Source: Candidatus Nomurabacteria bacterium
GTDB lineage: Bacteria; Patescibacteriota; Minisyncoccia; Phycocordibacterales; UBA9973
Direction: 5' to 3'
Assembly (NCBI GenBank): GCA_023267435.1
Contig: JAHFNH010000001.1
Span: 80,253 to 144,252, forward strand
DNA length: 64,000 nt
A program made the position numbers and the translations under genes. Every line of letters begins with the position of its first letter. Position 1 is the stretch's first letter. Below, in pieces: positions 37,243 to 47,061 of the stretch. Below the pieces are notes generated by a model that saw only the letters and a list, made by a program, of their open reading frames with translations, was not told the DNA's origin and did no database searches.

Positions 37243-39666
37243 CTATTTAACTTCCCCAAAGTTATCCCCAGCTCCAGAATGCACTTCCAGAGGAACGTCA
37301 GTTTTAAAATGCAAATATGACCTTGATAATACTGATTCCATTGCGTTTAATATGATTTTTTCAGCTTTAACCAGAACATTTTCTTCTATCTCATACACAA
37401 GCTCATCGTGGATTTGCAGAACTAGATGCACTTTATCCAATAAACCAGCTTCTTTTAAGTCTTCATAACTATAACGAATAGCTAATTTAATGAGATCGGC
37501 AGCAGTCCCCTGCAGAGGCGCATTAGTCGCAGTGCGTTCTGCCATCTTTTGTAAAAAAGGAATTCTGGATTTAATATTTGGAAAATATCTTTTTCTGCCA
37601 AACAAAGTCTCAGTGTATGCATTTTTTGTCGCGATAGACTTCACTTCTTCTAGATAATCCCGCACGCCAGAAAATTGATTGAAATAATTATCATAAAACT
37701 TCTGAGCCTCGGCAAGTGTGCTATTTAAATTTTTCCTTAAACTAGTAACGCCCATGCCGTAAATAATACCGAAGTTTATCACCTTCGCTCGGCGACGCAT
37801 TTCATGATCAACTTTTTCTATTGGCACACCAAACACAAACGAAGCGACACCCGCATGAATATCTTTTTTCTCACGAAAAATCTGTGTCATTTTTTTATCA
37901 CCTGAAAGAATCGCTGCAACACGAAGCTCAATCTGACTATAATCAAAAGCTGCGAGCTTGTATCCTTTTTGTGCAACAAATCCTCCGCGAATTCTCCTGC
38001 CGAGCTCTGATTTGATCGGTAAGTTTTGTAAGTTTGGATCCTGAGAAGAAAATCTTCCAGTTGTCGTGCCGTTCTGCAAAAACTTTGCGTGAAGCCTGTT
38101 GTCTTCAGTAGTCATTTTCGGAATCACATCAATGTAAGTCGAAAGAAGTTTTTGCAATTCTCGATAAGCCATTATTTCTTTTATAATTGGGTTATCTTCT
38201 TCCAGTTCTTCTAGAACAGAAATCTTCGTAGAGAAAGATCCGCTCGCGCCTTTTTTCTTATTTGTCTTTATTCCCATTTTTTCAAATAGCACTTCGGCTA
38301 ATTGTTTCGGGGAGTTTATATTAAATTCTGTGCCCGCCATTTCATATATTTTTTTTGTTAACTTATCTAATTCAACATGATATTCAGCTGAGAGTTTTTC
38401 AAAATATTTTTTATCTACCAATATTCCATGATCCTGCATTTCTTTCACTATCGGCATTATGGGTTTTTCAACCTCTTCAAAAACAAGTGAAAGTTTTTCA
38501 TCGTGCAGTTTCTTAAAAATATATTCATGCGCCTCTTTAAAAGAGCTCGTCTTGGCATAAAACAAAATATCATCCAATGACGGATTGGTCATATCAGAAT
38601 TGATCAACCATAGAGCAATAGAAGCTTCTTGGAGCTGTTCTGGGTCTACATTCTCATTATTCTCCGGTAAAGGATTCTTAGAGTCGTGGGTCCCCTGTCC
38701 TAGGTCTCCGAGGGCGAAGGCTCCGGAATCCTTTACCGGAGAATTATTAACATTAAAAAAACTTCTCAATCTTGCCAGTAAACTCCTAAATTCAAATTCA
38801 GAAAACATAACTTCTACTTTTTTCAAATCTGCTGATTCCCAAAAAGTTTTTTCTGGAAGTTTAAAATCTACCGGAGCGTCAGTTCGAATCTTGGCTAACA
38901 CTTTTGAAAACTCCGCTTCTTCTTCATTGTTTTTTATTAGTTCAATAATTCTCGGTTTGATGCCGGCTTTAATAAAAGCTTCTGGTTCCTTTTTAATTTT
39001 TTTATAAATTTCTTCAATGCTTCCAAAGTTTACAATCAAATCAGTCGCAGTCTTTTCACCAATGCCTTTGATGCCGATAATATTGTCAGAAGTATCACCG
39101 CGCAGACCTTTGTAATCCGGCAAAAGTTTCGGCTCAAAACCAAACCTCTCTTTCATTTTTTCTTCGTCGTATAGGATAGTGTCATTAATTCCTTTCTTTA
39201 AAGTAAACACCTGCACTTTTTTACCGTCGACAAGTTGCATTGTATCCATATCACCGGATGCAATAATTATATTTATACTTTTATCATTTTTTAATTTTTC
39301 AACAATCGTTCCCAATACATCGTCTGCTTCGAAACCCGGCGCATCGTAAATAGGAATATTAAAAGCTTCGAAAATATTACGGGAACTTTTTAACTGTGAA
39401 ACTAATCCTTCATCTGTTTTCGCTCGGCCGGCTTTGTATGCATCGTAAGCTTCATGTCGAAAAGTTTTTTGTGGCAAATCATAACAAGCCACAATATAAT
39501 CCGGCTTCAAGTCAGTAATTATTTTCATCAACATTGTCGACAATCCATAAAGTGCACCAGTCGGTTCACCCTTGGAAGACATAAACTCTGGCAAAGCATG
39601 ATATGCACGATGAATTATCGCATGAGAATCGAGCAACACTAATGTTTTAGGTTTTATACTTGCCAT
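37243..39666 (-). CDS. polA: DNA polymerase I
   Basis: 5'-3' exonuclease N-terminus (LVLLDSHAIIHRAYHA). Polymerase motifs DYSQIELR and QIHDELVYE. Confidence 0.9.
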   Translation of the reverse strand: MASIKPKTLVLLDSHAIIHRAYHALPEFMSSKGEPTGALYGLSTMLMKIITDLKPDYIVACYDLPQKTFRHEAYDAYKAGRAKTDEGLVSQLKSSRNIFEAFNIPIYDAPGFEADDVLGTIVEKLKNDKSINIIIASGDMDTMQLVDGKKVQVFTLKKGINDTILYDEEKMKERFGFEPKLLPDYKGLRGDTSDNIIGIKGIGEKTATDLIVNFGSIEEIYKKIKKEPEAFIKAGIKPRIIELIKNNEEEAEFSKVLAKIRTDAPVDFKLPEKTFWESADLKKVEVMFSEFEFRSLLARLRSFFNVNNSPVKDSGAFALGDLGQGTHDSKNPLPENNENVDPEQLQEASIALWLINSDMTNPSLDDILFYAKTSSFKEAHEYIFKKLHDEKLSLVFEEVEKPIMPIVKEMQDHGILVDKKYFEKLSAEYHVELDKLTKKIYEMAGTEFNINSPKQLAEVLFEKMGIKTNKKKGASGSFSTKISVLEELEEDNPIIKEIMAYRELQKLLSTYIDVIPKMTTEDNRLHAKFLQNGTTTGRFSSQDPNLQNLPIKSELGRRIRGGFVAQKGYKLAAFDYSQIELRVAAILSGDKKMTQIFREKKDIHAGVASFVFGVPIEKVDHEMRRRAKVINFGIIYGMGVTSLRKNLNSTLAEAQKFYDNYFNQFSGVRDYLEEVKSIATKNAYTETLFGRKRYFPNIKSRIPFLQKMAERTATNAPLQGTAADLIKLAIRYSYEDLKEAGLLDKVHLVLQIHDELVYEIEENVLVKAEKIILNAMESVLSRSYLHFKTDVPLEVHSGAGDNFGEVK

Positions 39667-39738
39667 AAAATTGATTATACTCCCAATTTCTTAGATTGTA
39701 ATCAATCTGTAGAAATTGCAGTCCCTTTAGGGGGCATT

Positions 39739-40191
39739 TTATATATGCTTTATTTTAAAGCTTCGATGCCCTTCTTTGGTGTGTTTAATTGAAATTTTGT
39801 GATGCTTTTTCGGCATAGCTTTTTTAACATTCTCTGGCCATTCGATAAAAACCAAATGTTCCGGATTTGAAATAATTTCTTTCCAGCCTAAATTTAAAAG
39901 TTCTTGTGCATTTTTTAATCTGTAAGCATCTAGGTGAAACATGTTTTTAAAAATTTTATGTTTCAAAGAGTAGCGCTTCATAATCACAAAAGTCGGACTG
40001 TTTACTTTTCTTTTTATTTTTAAAATCTTTGAAATAGCTTGGGTAAACGTCGTCTTGCCCGTGCCTAAATCCCCAGACAAACCAACTACACACGCAGATT
40101 TTGAAACCTTAGATCCTAAAATTTTTTCCAGAAATTCCTTCGCTATTTTTTCTGTCTCTTTTTGACTTTTTGAAACTATTTTATTTATCAT
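39739..40191 (-). CDS. tsaE: tRNA t6A biosynthesis ATPase TsaE (YjeE)
   Basis: VGLSGDLGTGKTTFTQ P-loop. Start chosen at the internal Met (MINKIV) so that it does not overlap the upstream terminator at 40211..40250. Confidence 0.7.
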   Translation of the reverse strand: MINKIVSKSQKETEKIAKEFLEKILGSKVSKSACVVGLSGDLGTGKTTFTQAISKILKIKRKVNSPTFVIMKRYSLKHKIFKNMFHLDAYRLKNAQELLNLGWKEIISNPEHLVFIEWPENVKKAMPKKHHKISIKHTKEGHRSFKIKHI

Positions 40192-40210
40192 ATATTTTAA
40201 TTTTAACACA

Positions 40211-40250
40211 AAAAAAATAGCCCCAGAATTTTCTAGGGCTATTTCGATCA
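40211..40250 (-). terminator. Rho-independent terminator for the gene 40259..41239
   Basis: Minus strand atagccctag-aaaattc-tggggctat followed by T8. Confidence 0.55.
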
Positions 40251-40258
40251 ATTTATCA

Positions 40259-41239
40259 CTATCTTCCTCTACCAGGATTACAAGGTGCTGGTCTGTCACA
40301 ATGAGGTGCTTTAAATGTTCCACTGCCTACTGTGTAAGGGCCGTAACCTCTATACATCATAGGATCATGATTCCATCCAGAGTGTAAAATTAAAATTCTG
40401 GGTTGAAAGTGGTTAAATCTATAAACATCTTCATTAACAGTTCCGCTTCCTGCAAAATAACCGCCGTGAGGTTTAGATTCTGATTTAGGTTCTGGTTCAG
40501 ACTGTTTGATTTTAGACGCATAGTCCGGCAAAGTATTTGGAAAATAAACTGTGTCATTCCGGACATAAAATTTATTAATGGTTGTGTCGGTGTGAATAGT
40601 CACAGAAGAACTTCTTATAGTGTCAGGCTTTGCAAAGTTAGGCTTAACAGCAACAGGTTTGATTGCCGGAATAGAATCTTCCGGAATAGAAGTATTTTTC
40701 ACAGGAACAAATTTCGGATTACGGTGATCAATTAAAGTATTGCAACAACGTCTGGCAATGATCGATCTTTTTGGAAACGGATTTCCATTTTTATCAGTCC
40801 ATCCTAAATATTTAGTTACATCTAAAATAAGAACTGGTTCATCACCGAGAACTTTTCCAATACGAACTTTATAAGAAGGACGTTCTAAATAAATAACAGT
40901 ACGATCTTTGGTAATGTAAGCCACTGATACTTCTCCTGTTGACCAATTATCACAACCTATTTCAGTTGCATTTTTTAAAAGGAAAACCATGTAACCTAAA
41001 GTAATTTTTCCATCAGGGATAAATACATTCCAACCATCTTGGTCGGCAGTACCCTGAAGATCAGACAAAACTGCATTTGGTATTGCCATACCTCTTGTTG
41101 TATTAGTAACAGTGTCAATTATTTCTTTTTTAGAATATCCGCAGTCCTTGTGTTGTGCGGCAAATGGAAGCTTTCCGCTTTGAGCGAAGCAACCAATCCC
41201 CACACACAGTGTGAGTAGAAGTGATATTATTTTTTTCAT
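40259..41239 (-). CDS. Secreted/lipoprotein-like hypothetical protein
   Basis: Signal peptide MKKIISLLLTLCVGIGC, Cys-containing, Pro/Lys-rich C-terminal half. Confidence 0.45.
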   Translation of the reverse strand: MKKIISLLLTLCVGIGCFAQSGKLPFAAQHKDCGYSKKEIIDTVTNTTRGMAIPNAVLSDLQGTADQDGWNVFIPDGKITLGYMVFLLKNATEIGCDNWSTGEVSVAYITKDRTVIYLERPSYKVRIGKVLGDEPVLILDVTKYLGWTDKNGNPFPKRSIIARRCCNTLIDHRNPKFVPVKNTSIPEDSIPAIKPVAVKPNFAKPDTIRSSSVTIHTDTTINKFYVRNDTVYFPNTLPDYASKIKQSEPEPKSESKPHGGYFAGSGTVNEDVYRFNHFQPRILILHSGWNHDPMMYRGYGPYTVGSGTFKAPHCDRPAPCNPGRGR

Positions 41240-41392
41240 ATGTCAAAGAGTTTTAGAGTTTATATTATATGATTTTCTGTATATTCTGTTCTGCACCAAG
41301 TATATCACCTTTTGATATAAAAGTCAACCCCTACCCTATATACCTATATAGCAAAGAATCCTTTGTTTTAAAGACAAAATGAGGTATGATTC

Positions 41393-43096
41393 TTGGTAAT
41401 GGCATTATTTGATGAAGAAAAACAAAATAAACAGCTGGATGACTTGCACAAGCAAGAAGAAGAACAGTTGGTGGCAGTTTTAGCCGAATCAAAATATGGA
41501 TTGCCTTATGTGGATTTATCCCGTATTGGCGTAGACAATGAAGCACTCCGAGCTATAGACGAACAAGGTGCGCGTGAAATGAAAGTCGCACCCTTTAAAC
41601 TTTCCGGAAAAAATATTTTTATAGCCGTCCGCGCGCCCTCAGAAGAACTTTTAGGAAGTTTGAAAGAAGACATGGAAAGAAAAGATTTAATTCCTACTTT
41701 TTACATGGCGTCATTAGCCAGCTTAAATAAAGTTTGGGACAGATATAAGGAAATTTCACTAGCTGAAAGCTCAAAAATCGGAGGAATAGATATTTCCGGA
41801 GAAATTTTAGCAGAGACGGCAAAAGACATACAGAAAATGCAGGATATTGAAAAACTAATAACCGAAGCATTAGAAGGAAAACAAATCCATAAAATATCTC
41901 ACATTCTTGAAATAATACTCGCGGGTGCTATCGCAATCAAAGCTTCTGACATACACATCGAACCAGAAGAAGACCGCGGAAGACTCCGACTCAGGCTCGA
42001 TGGTGTTCTCCAAGATGTAATGTTTTTCGGAATGGATATCTATCACCTTCTCAACTCTCGTATTAAACTTCTTTCTGGAATGAAGCTGACTTCAAAAATA
42101 GCACAAGACGGACGCTTTAGTATTATGGAAAAAAACGAAGAAATAAGTATTCGTACTTCGCTTATTCCAGGTTCATACGGTGAATCAATCGTTATGCGTA
42201 TCTTGGATCCGAAATCCATTCAGCATGAATTAGAAGAAATGGGAATTGAACCATTCCTTTTTTCAATAATTCAGCAAGAAATAGCCAAGCCAAACGGTTT
42301 GATCTTGGTGACTGGTCCGACTGGTTCCGGAAAAACGACGACTCTTTATGCCTTTCTGCGCAAGATATATTCTTCGGAAATAAAGATAATCACCATTGAA
42401 GATCCTGTCGAATATCATTTAGCCGGTATAACTCAGACCCAAACAGATTCAAAAAAGGGATACACTTTCTTAGAAGGTTTACGCTCAGCTCTTCGCCAGG
42501 ACCCAGACGTGGTGATGGTCGGAGAAATCCGCGACGCGGAAACAGCCAAGATCGCAGTGGAATCTGCTTTGACGGGTCACTTGGTTTTCTCAACACTTCA
42601 CACCAACAATGCCGCTGGTGTTATTCCCCGTCTGATCGACCTTGAAGTTAATCCAAAAATAATGGTCTCAGCTTTATCTCTCTCAATAGCTCAGCGTCTC
42701 GTGCGTAAATTGTGCGAATTTTGCAAAAAAGAAAAAACTCCCACTGAAATGGAAGCTAAGAGTTTAAAACTTGTATTGGATAGTATAAAAGAAGAAGGAA
42801 AAGATTTATCGAAATATAATATAGATCCAAATGCGACATTTAAAATATTTGTAGCTGTCGGTTGTGAAAAATGTAACATGACAGGTTACCACGGCAGAGT
42901 TGGTATCTTTGAAGCTATTAAAACAGACGAAGCAATCGAAAAAATAATTCCATTAAATCCCAGCGAGCGCGAAATAAAAAAAGTTGCGCGAACACAAGGA
43001 ATACTTTCTATGCGCCAAGACGGCGTAGTGAAAATCTTAAATGGTGTTACTTCAATAGAAGAAGTGCAAAGTGTTGTTGATTTGAACGAAGAATAA
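41393..43096 (+). CDS. pilB: Type IV pilus/type II secretion assembly ATPase (PilB/GspE family)
   Basis: GSPII_E N-domain, Walker A GPTGSGKTTT, Asp/His boxes, tetracysteine CEKCNMTGYHGRVG. Confidence 0.85.
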   Translation: MVMALFDEEKQNKQLDDLHKQEEEQLVAVLAESKYGLPYVDLSRIGVDNEALRAIDEQGAREMKVAPFKLSGKNIFIAVRAPSEELLGSLKEDMERKDLIPTFYMASLASLNKVWDRYKEISLAESSKIGGIDISGEILAETAKDIQKMQDIEKLITEALEGKQIHKISHILEIILAGAIAIKASDIHIEPEEDRGRLRLRLDGVLQDVMFFGMDIYHLLNSRIKLLSGMKLTSKIAQDGRFSIMEKNEEISIRTSLIPGSYGESIVMRILDPKSIQHELEEMGIEPFLFSIIQQEIAKPNGLILVTGPTGSGKTTTLYAFLRKIYSSEIKIITIEDPVEYHLAGITQTQTDSKKGYTFLEGLRSALRQDPDVVMVGEIRDAETAKIAVESALTGHLVFSTLHTNNAAGVIPRLIDLEVNPKIMVSALSLSIAQRLVRKLCEFCKKEKTPTEMEAKSLKLVLDSIKEEGKDLSKYNIDPNATFKIFVAVGCEKCNMTGYHGRVGIFEAIKTDEAIEKIIPLNPSEREIKKVARTQGILSMRQDGVVKILNGVTSIEEVQSVVDLNEE

Positions 43097-43425
43097 AAAC
43101 TCAAAGATTTATAATTTATGTTTTTGAAAAATTGGCAATAAAAAAAGCACTAATCTCTAAACAATCCTTTCAAAGCTAAGCTTCGAAAGTAACAACTTCT
43201 TGAAGGATGGCCCCCGCGAACTAATAAAAGTGCCGAAACGTCCTACGCAAAATTGTATAACCGATGGCTGATTGCTTAGAGATTAATGCCTTCTTAAAAA
43301 GTAAACATCAAACTCACAAAAACTATTATACTATATTCAAAACCAAGTAAATGTTACAATGTGGATATAACAGTGGATACTGTGTTAACAATGTAACGAT
43401 TAGAGTATAGCATACTACTAAACCA

Positions 43426-44436
43426 ATGTCAAGTGAAAAAGATAAAGAAATAAAGGATATCCCTGAAGAATCTTACCTAGACAAGACCTTGCGTCCTTCA
43501 CGCTGGGAGGATTATATTGGCCAAAAACATATAAAAGACAACGTAAAAATACTTTTAAGGGCAGCTCTAGAACGTGGTCACACTCCTGAACATCTACTTT
43601 TTTATGGACCTCCAGGCTTAGGAAAAACTACACTGGCGCACCTTATAGCGAAAGAAACCGGCCGACAAATGAAGATAACTTCTGGTCCTGCCATTGAAAA
43701 AGTTGGGGATTTGGCTTCTATTTTAACCAACCTTGCCCCTGGGGATATTATCTTTATCGATGAAATTCACCGCTTAAATAAAATGGTGGAAGAAGTTCTT
43801 TATCCAGCCATGGAATCCGGTGTGCTTGATATCATCATCGGAAAGGGTCCATCAGCTCGCACTATTCAGCTTGATCTACCACCCTTCACACTTATCGCAG
43901 CTACCACCCGTGTAGCCATGGTGTCTTCCCCTCTTCGTTCACGTTTCTCTGGAGGAGTATTTAGGTTGGAATTTTATACAAATGAAGAGATCGCAGAAAT
44001 CATCCGACGCTCCAGTAAACTTTTAGAAACAGAACTTGAAGAAGAAGCTTTAGCGGAAATAGCAAAAAGAAGTAGATTCACACCCCGTACTGCGAATTAC
44101 TTTTTAAAAAGAGCCCGCGATTATGCTCAAGTAAATAAAAAAAGTTTAGATAAAGAAACAGTCAAAAGAGCTTTAGACATGCTTTCGATCGACGAGATCG
44201 GACTCAATGCTTCAGATAGAAAATTCTTGGAAGTGTTAATTGAAAAATTTAATGGTGGACCAGTCGGCTTGAAAACAATCGCAGCCGCACTCTCCGAAGA
44301 AGAAGCTACTGTCGAAGAAGTTATCGAACCATATCTAATCCAACTCGGACTTATCGAACGCACACCTAAAGGCAGAACTGCCAATAAAAAAGCTTACGAA
44401 CATATGGGTTTTGATTTTATCGACAAACAGGATTAA
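43426..44436 (+). CDS. ruvB: Holliday junction helicase RuvB
   Basis: GPPGLGKTTLAHLIA and DEIHRL. Confidence 0.9.
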   Translation: MSSEKDKEIKDIPEESYLDKTLRPSRWEDYIGQKHIKDNVKILLRAALERGHTPEHLLFYGPPGLGKTTLAHLIAKETGRQMKITSGPAIEKVGDLASILTNLAPGDIIFIDEIHRLNKMVEEVLYPAMESGVLDIIIGKGPSARTIQLDLPPFTLIAATTRVAMVSSPLRSRFSGGVFRLEFYTNEEIAEIIRRSSKLLETELEEEALAEIAKRSRFTPRTANYFLKRARDYAQVNKKSLDKETVKRALDMLSIDEIGLNASDRKFLEVLIEKFNGGPVGLKTIAAALSEEEATVEEVIEPYLIQLGLIERTPKGRTANKKAYEHMGFDFIDKQD

Positions 44437-44479
44437 ATTAAAATTATATTAGAGTTAGTTTTTATAATTTCAAATATTT

Positions 44480-45016
44480 ATGAGTCATTCACAATGGGAA
44501 AAGAAAAAACTAAAAAAAGCAGCCAACGGCAAAGATACACATAAAATCTTTACAAAGATGGTGCGTTTAATAATGTCTGAAGCAAAAAAATGTAATGGAG
44601 ACCGAAACTCTGACGGACTCAAAGCGGCCATAGTAAAAGCAAAAGGAGTGAGCCTTCCGTCTGATAATATTGATCGAGCGATAAAAAAAGCGAGTGAACC
44701 ATCTCTACAAATGGACAATATTACCTATGAAGCTTACGGTCCAGGCGGAGTTGGAATTATCATCGAAACACTAACAGACAGTAAAAACAGAACAGCTCAA
44801 AACATAAAACATATTCTTTCTGAGAAAGGTTCTAGTTTGGCTGGTATCGGTTCAGTCGTCTGGGCTTTTCAAAAAGAAATCTCACCTGAAGGAGTCGTCT
44901 GGAAACCGACTACCACCGTCTCACCTTCTCTAGAAGAACTGGAACTTCTGGAAAAGTTAATAGACAACTTAGAAGAAAATGATGATGTGCAAGAAGTGTA
45001 TACTAATGCGGAATAA
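44480..45016 (+). CDS. yebC: YebC/PmpR-family regulator (shortened form)
   Basis: MSHSQWEKKKLKKAANGKDTHKIFTKMVRLI corresponds to the canonical HSKWANIKHRK..FTKL N-terminus. Confidence 0.75.
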   Translation: MSHSQWEKKKLKKAANGKDTHKIFTKMVRLIMSEAKKCNGDRNSDGLKAAIVKAKGVSLPSDNIDRAIKKASEPSLQMDNITYEAYGPGGVGIIIETLTDSKNRTAQNIKHILSEKGSSLAGIGSVVWAFQKEISPEGVVWKPTTTVSPSLEELELLEKLIDNLEENDDVQEVYTNAE

Positions 45017-45031
45017 TGTTAAAATTCTCTT

Positions 45032-45508
45032 ATGCGTATTTTAGGAATTGATCCAGGATTTGAGAGACTCGGCGTCGCAGTGCTTGAGAAAAATAAAGGT
45101 GATAAAAAAGAGAAAGTGCTTTTTTCGGAATGCTTCAAAACTTCCGCTAGTTTAGAATTTTCAAAAAGACTTCTTTTAATCGGAAAAGAAGTTCGAAGAG
45201 TAATAAAAGAATATAAGCCGGAAGTTTTATCTATCGAGACTTTATTTTTAACTACCAACCATAAAACAGTTATGTATGTCGCCGAAGCGCGCGGAGTCGT
45301 CATTTATGAATCCGTTGATGCGGGCCTAAAAATATTCGAAGCTTCCCCACCCCAAATTAAAATAGCCACCACTGGATACGGAAAAGCAGATAAAGACCAG
45401 GTAATGAAGATGGTTAAAATACTCGTTGATATAGACAAATCAAAACATTCAGACGATGAATTAGATGCTATTGCTATAGCTCTCACAGCTTTCGCGCATA
45501 TTAGATAA
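45032..45508 (+). CDS. ruvC: Holliday junction resolvase RuvC
   Basis: MRILGIDPGFERLGVAV. Confidence 0.85.
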   Translation: MRILGIDPGFERLGVAVLEKNKGDKKEKVLFSECFKTSASLEFSKRLLLIGKEVRRVIKEYKPEVLSIETLFLTTNHKTVMYVAEARGVVIYESVDAGLKIFEASPPQIKIATTGYGKADKDQVMKMVKILVDIDKSKHSDDELDAIAIALTAFAHIR

Positions 45509-45633
45509 AAACTTATCCACAGCTTTATTTTTTGAGTATTGCCAAAGTTTTTGATATTTGGTACAAAATATAAATCTAAAAAATAGTTTGTTTATTAATA
45601 GGTCGGTTTTAAAAATTTAAAAAATAAAAAAAG

Positions 45634-45783
45634 ATGGACGACGAAGAATCAATAGAAGAAAAGAGTTTCAGAACCAGTGATCTTGATGATGAAACCTTTA
45701 GTGATGATATAGATCCACTAGAGCCATTAGAAGGAGTTACTGATTTTGGTCTGGACGAAGAAGAAACAGAAAAAGATATGTAA
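45634..45783 (+). CDS. Small acidic protein (49 aa), below the ORF-track threshold
   Basis: MDDEESIEEKSFRTSDLDDETFSDDIDPLEPLEGVTDFGLDEEETEKDM, immediately followed by a strong terminator. Confidence 0.3.
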   Translation: MDDEESIEEKSFRTSDLDDETFSDDIDPLEPLEGVTDFGLDEEETEKDM

Positions 45784-45787
45784 TTAA

Positions 45788-45822
45788 AAAAATCCCCCGA
45801 CTCAGGTCGGGGGATTTTTGTT
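45788..45822. terminator. Bidirectional rho-independent terminator (small acidic ORF on +, tyrS on -)
   Basis: aaatcccccgac-tcag-gtcgggggattt flanked by A/T runs. Confidence 0.6.
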
Positions 45823-47022
45823 TTATATTATCTTTATAAATCTTCTCTTACCTATCTTGTACACTCCGGGAATCGCCATTATTTTAAAATCAGTAATTTT
45901 CTCTTCACTATGTTCAATTAATCTTTTAACTGCACCTTCATCAACAAGCCTGCGCCATTCACTCTTTGATGCTACGATTTTATTTTCAAATAAAACATCC
46001 ACCATTAATTCTCCTGTTTTATGTTTTACTTCTTCTATATCATCTGGAATTTCTTTTTTTTGAAAAGTATTAACGAAATTTTCTTGGGCTTCTTTTGCTT
46101 TTTTCTCTCCGTGATAAATTTTTACAATTTCTTCAGCTAGTTTCATTTTAAAATCTTTTGGATTTACACCATCTTGCATTTGTTTTTCAAAATCTTTTAT
46201 TTGTTCCAAGGAAACATCAGTACAGAGTTCAAAGCCTTTCAGAATTAAAGAATCGGTCCAGCTCATAACTTTACCAAACATTTCATTTGGCTTATCTTCA
46301 AAAGAAACCATATTGCCTTCTGTCTTGCCCATCTTTTTTCCAGAATTATCTTCTAGAAGTTTCATGGCTACGACAGATTTGTCTTTTTTTAATATTTCAG
46401 AAACTAACTCTCTTCCCATTAACATATTAAATGTTTGATCATTTCCACCCACCTCAACATCAACATTCATCGCGACACTGTCATAGCCTTGCATCAATGG
46501 ATACATAAACTCATGAATAAAGATTGGCTTGCCTTCTTGATTTCTACGGGCAAACATATCTCGTTTTAACATCTGATCGACTGTAACTCTTGAGGCAAGA
46601 TTTAAAACATCTTCAAAATTCATTTTCGCAAGCCATTTAGAATTAAATTTAAATTGCGCTTTATTTACACCAGTAAATTTTAAAAATTTTGAAGCTTGTT
46701 TTTTATATTTTTTTAAATTTCCCAGAACTTCTTTTTTTGTGAGCTGTTTTCGTGCTGCCATTTTATCAGTCGGGTCTCCAATCATTGCTGTAAAATCTCC
46801 CATCAATAAAATAACTTCATGACCTAAATCTTGAAATTGCTTTAATTTCATTAAGGGAATAGCGTGACCCATATGCAGAGTCGGACCAGTCGGATCTATT
46901 CCTAAATAAACTTTAAGCTTCTTACCTGAAAGAAGCTTTTGTTCCAAAGTCTCTTTGACGAAGATATTTTCAACTCCTCTCTCGAGTACGTTTTGAATTT
47001 TTTCATCCTTGCTTATTTTCAT
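45823..47022 (-). CDS. tyrS: Tyrosyl-tRNA synthetase
   Basis: HIGH-type LHMGHA, KMSKS-type KMGKT, C-terminal S4-like domain, about 400 aa. Confidence 0.8.
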   Translation of the reverse strand: MKISKDEKIQNVLERGVENIFVKETLEQKLLSGKKLKVYLGIDPTGPTLHMGHAIPLMKLKQFQDLGHEVILLMGDFTAMIGDPTDKMAARKQLTKKEVLGNLKKYKKQASKFLKFTGVNKAQFKFNSKWLAKMNFEDVLNLASRVTVDQMLKRDMFARRNQEGKPIFIHEFMYPLMQGYDSVAMNVDVEVGGNDQTFNMLMGRELVSEILKKDKSVVAMKLLEDNSGKKMGKTEGNMVSFEDKPNEMFGKVMSWTDSLILKGFELCTDVSLEQIKDFEKQMQDGVNPKDFKMKLAEEIVKIYHGEKKAKEAQENFVNTFQKKEIPDDIEEVKHKTGELMVDVLFENKIVASKSEWRRLVDEGAVKRLIEHSEEKITDFKIMAIPGVYKIGKRRFIKII

Positions 47023-47061
47023 ATAATGGATTATAACATGTTTTCTGCTATGATTAATATC

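Noticed and set aside
37199-37468. 89-aa plus-strand ORF spanning the polA/ICMT junction
   Set aside because: It overlaps two well-supported minus-strand genes.
40192-40323. N-terminal extension of tsaE
   Set aside because: It would run through the upstream gene's terminator and overlap that gene. The internal Met yields the typical roughly 150-aa TsaE.
46939-47061. Upstream extension of the PBP1A ORF
   Set aside because: It would overlap the divergent tyrS gene by 84 nt. The internal Met at 47062 gives a canonical signal-anchor N-terminus.
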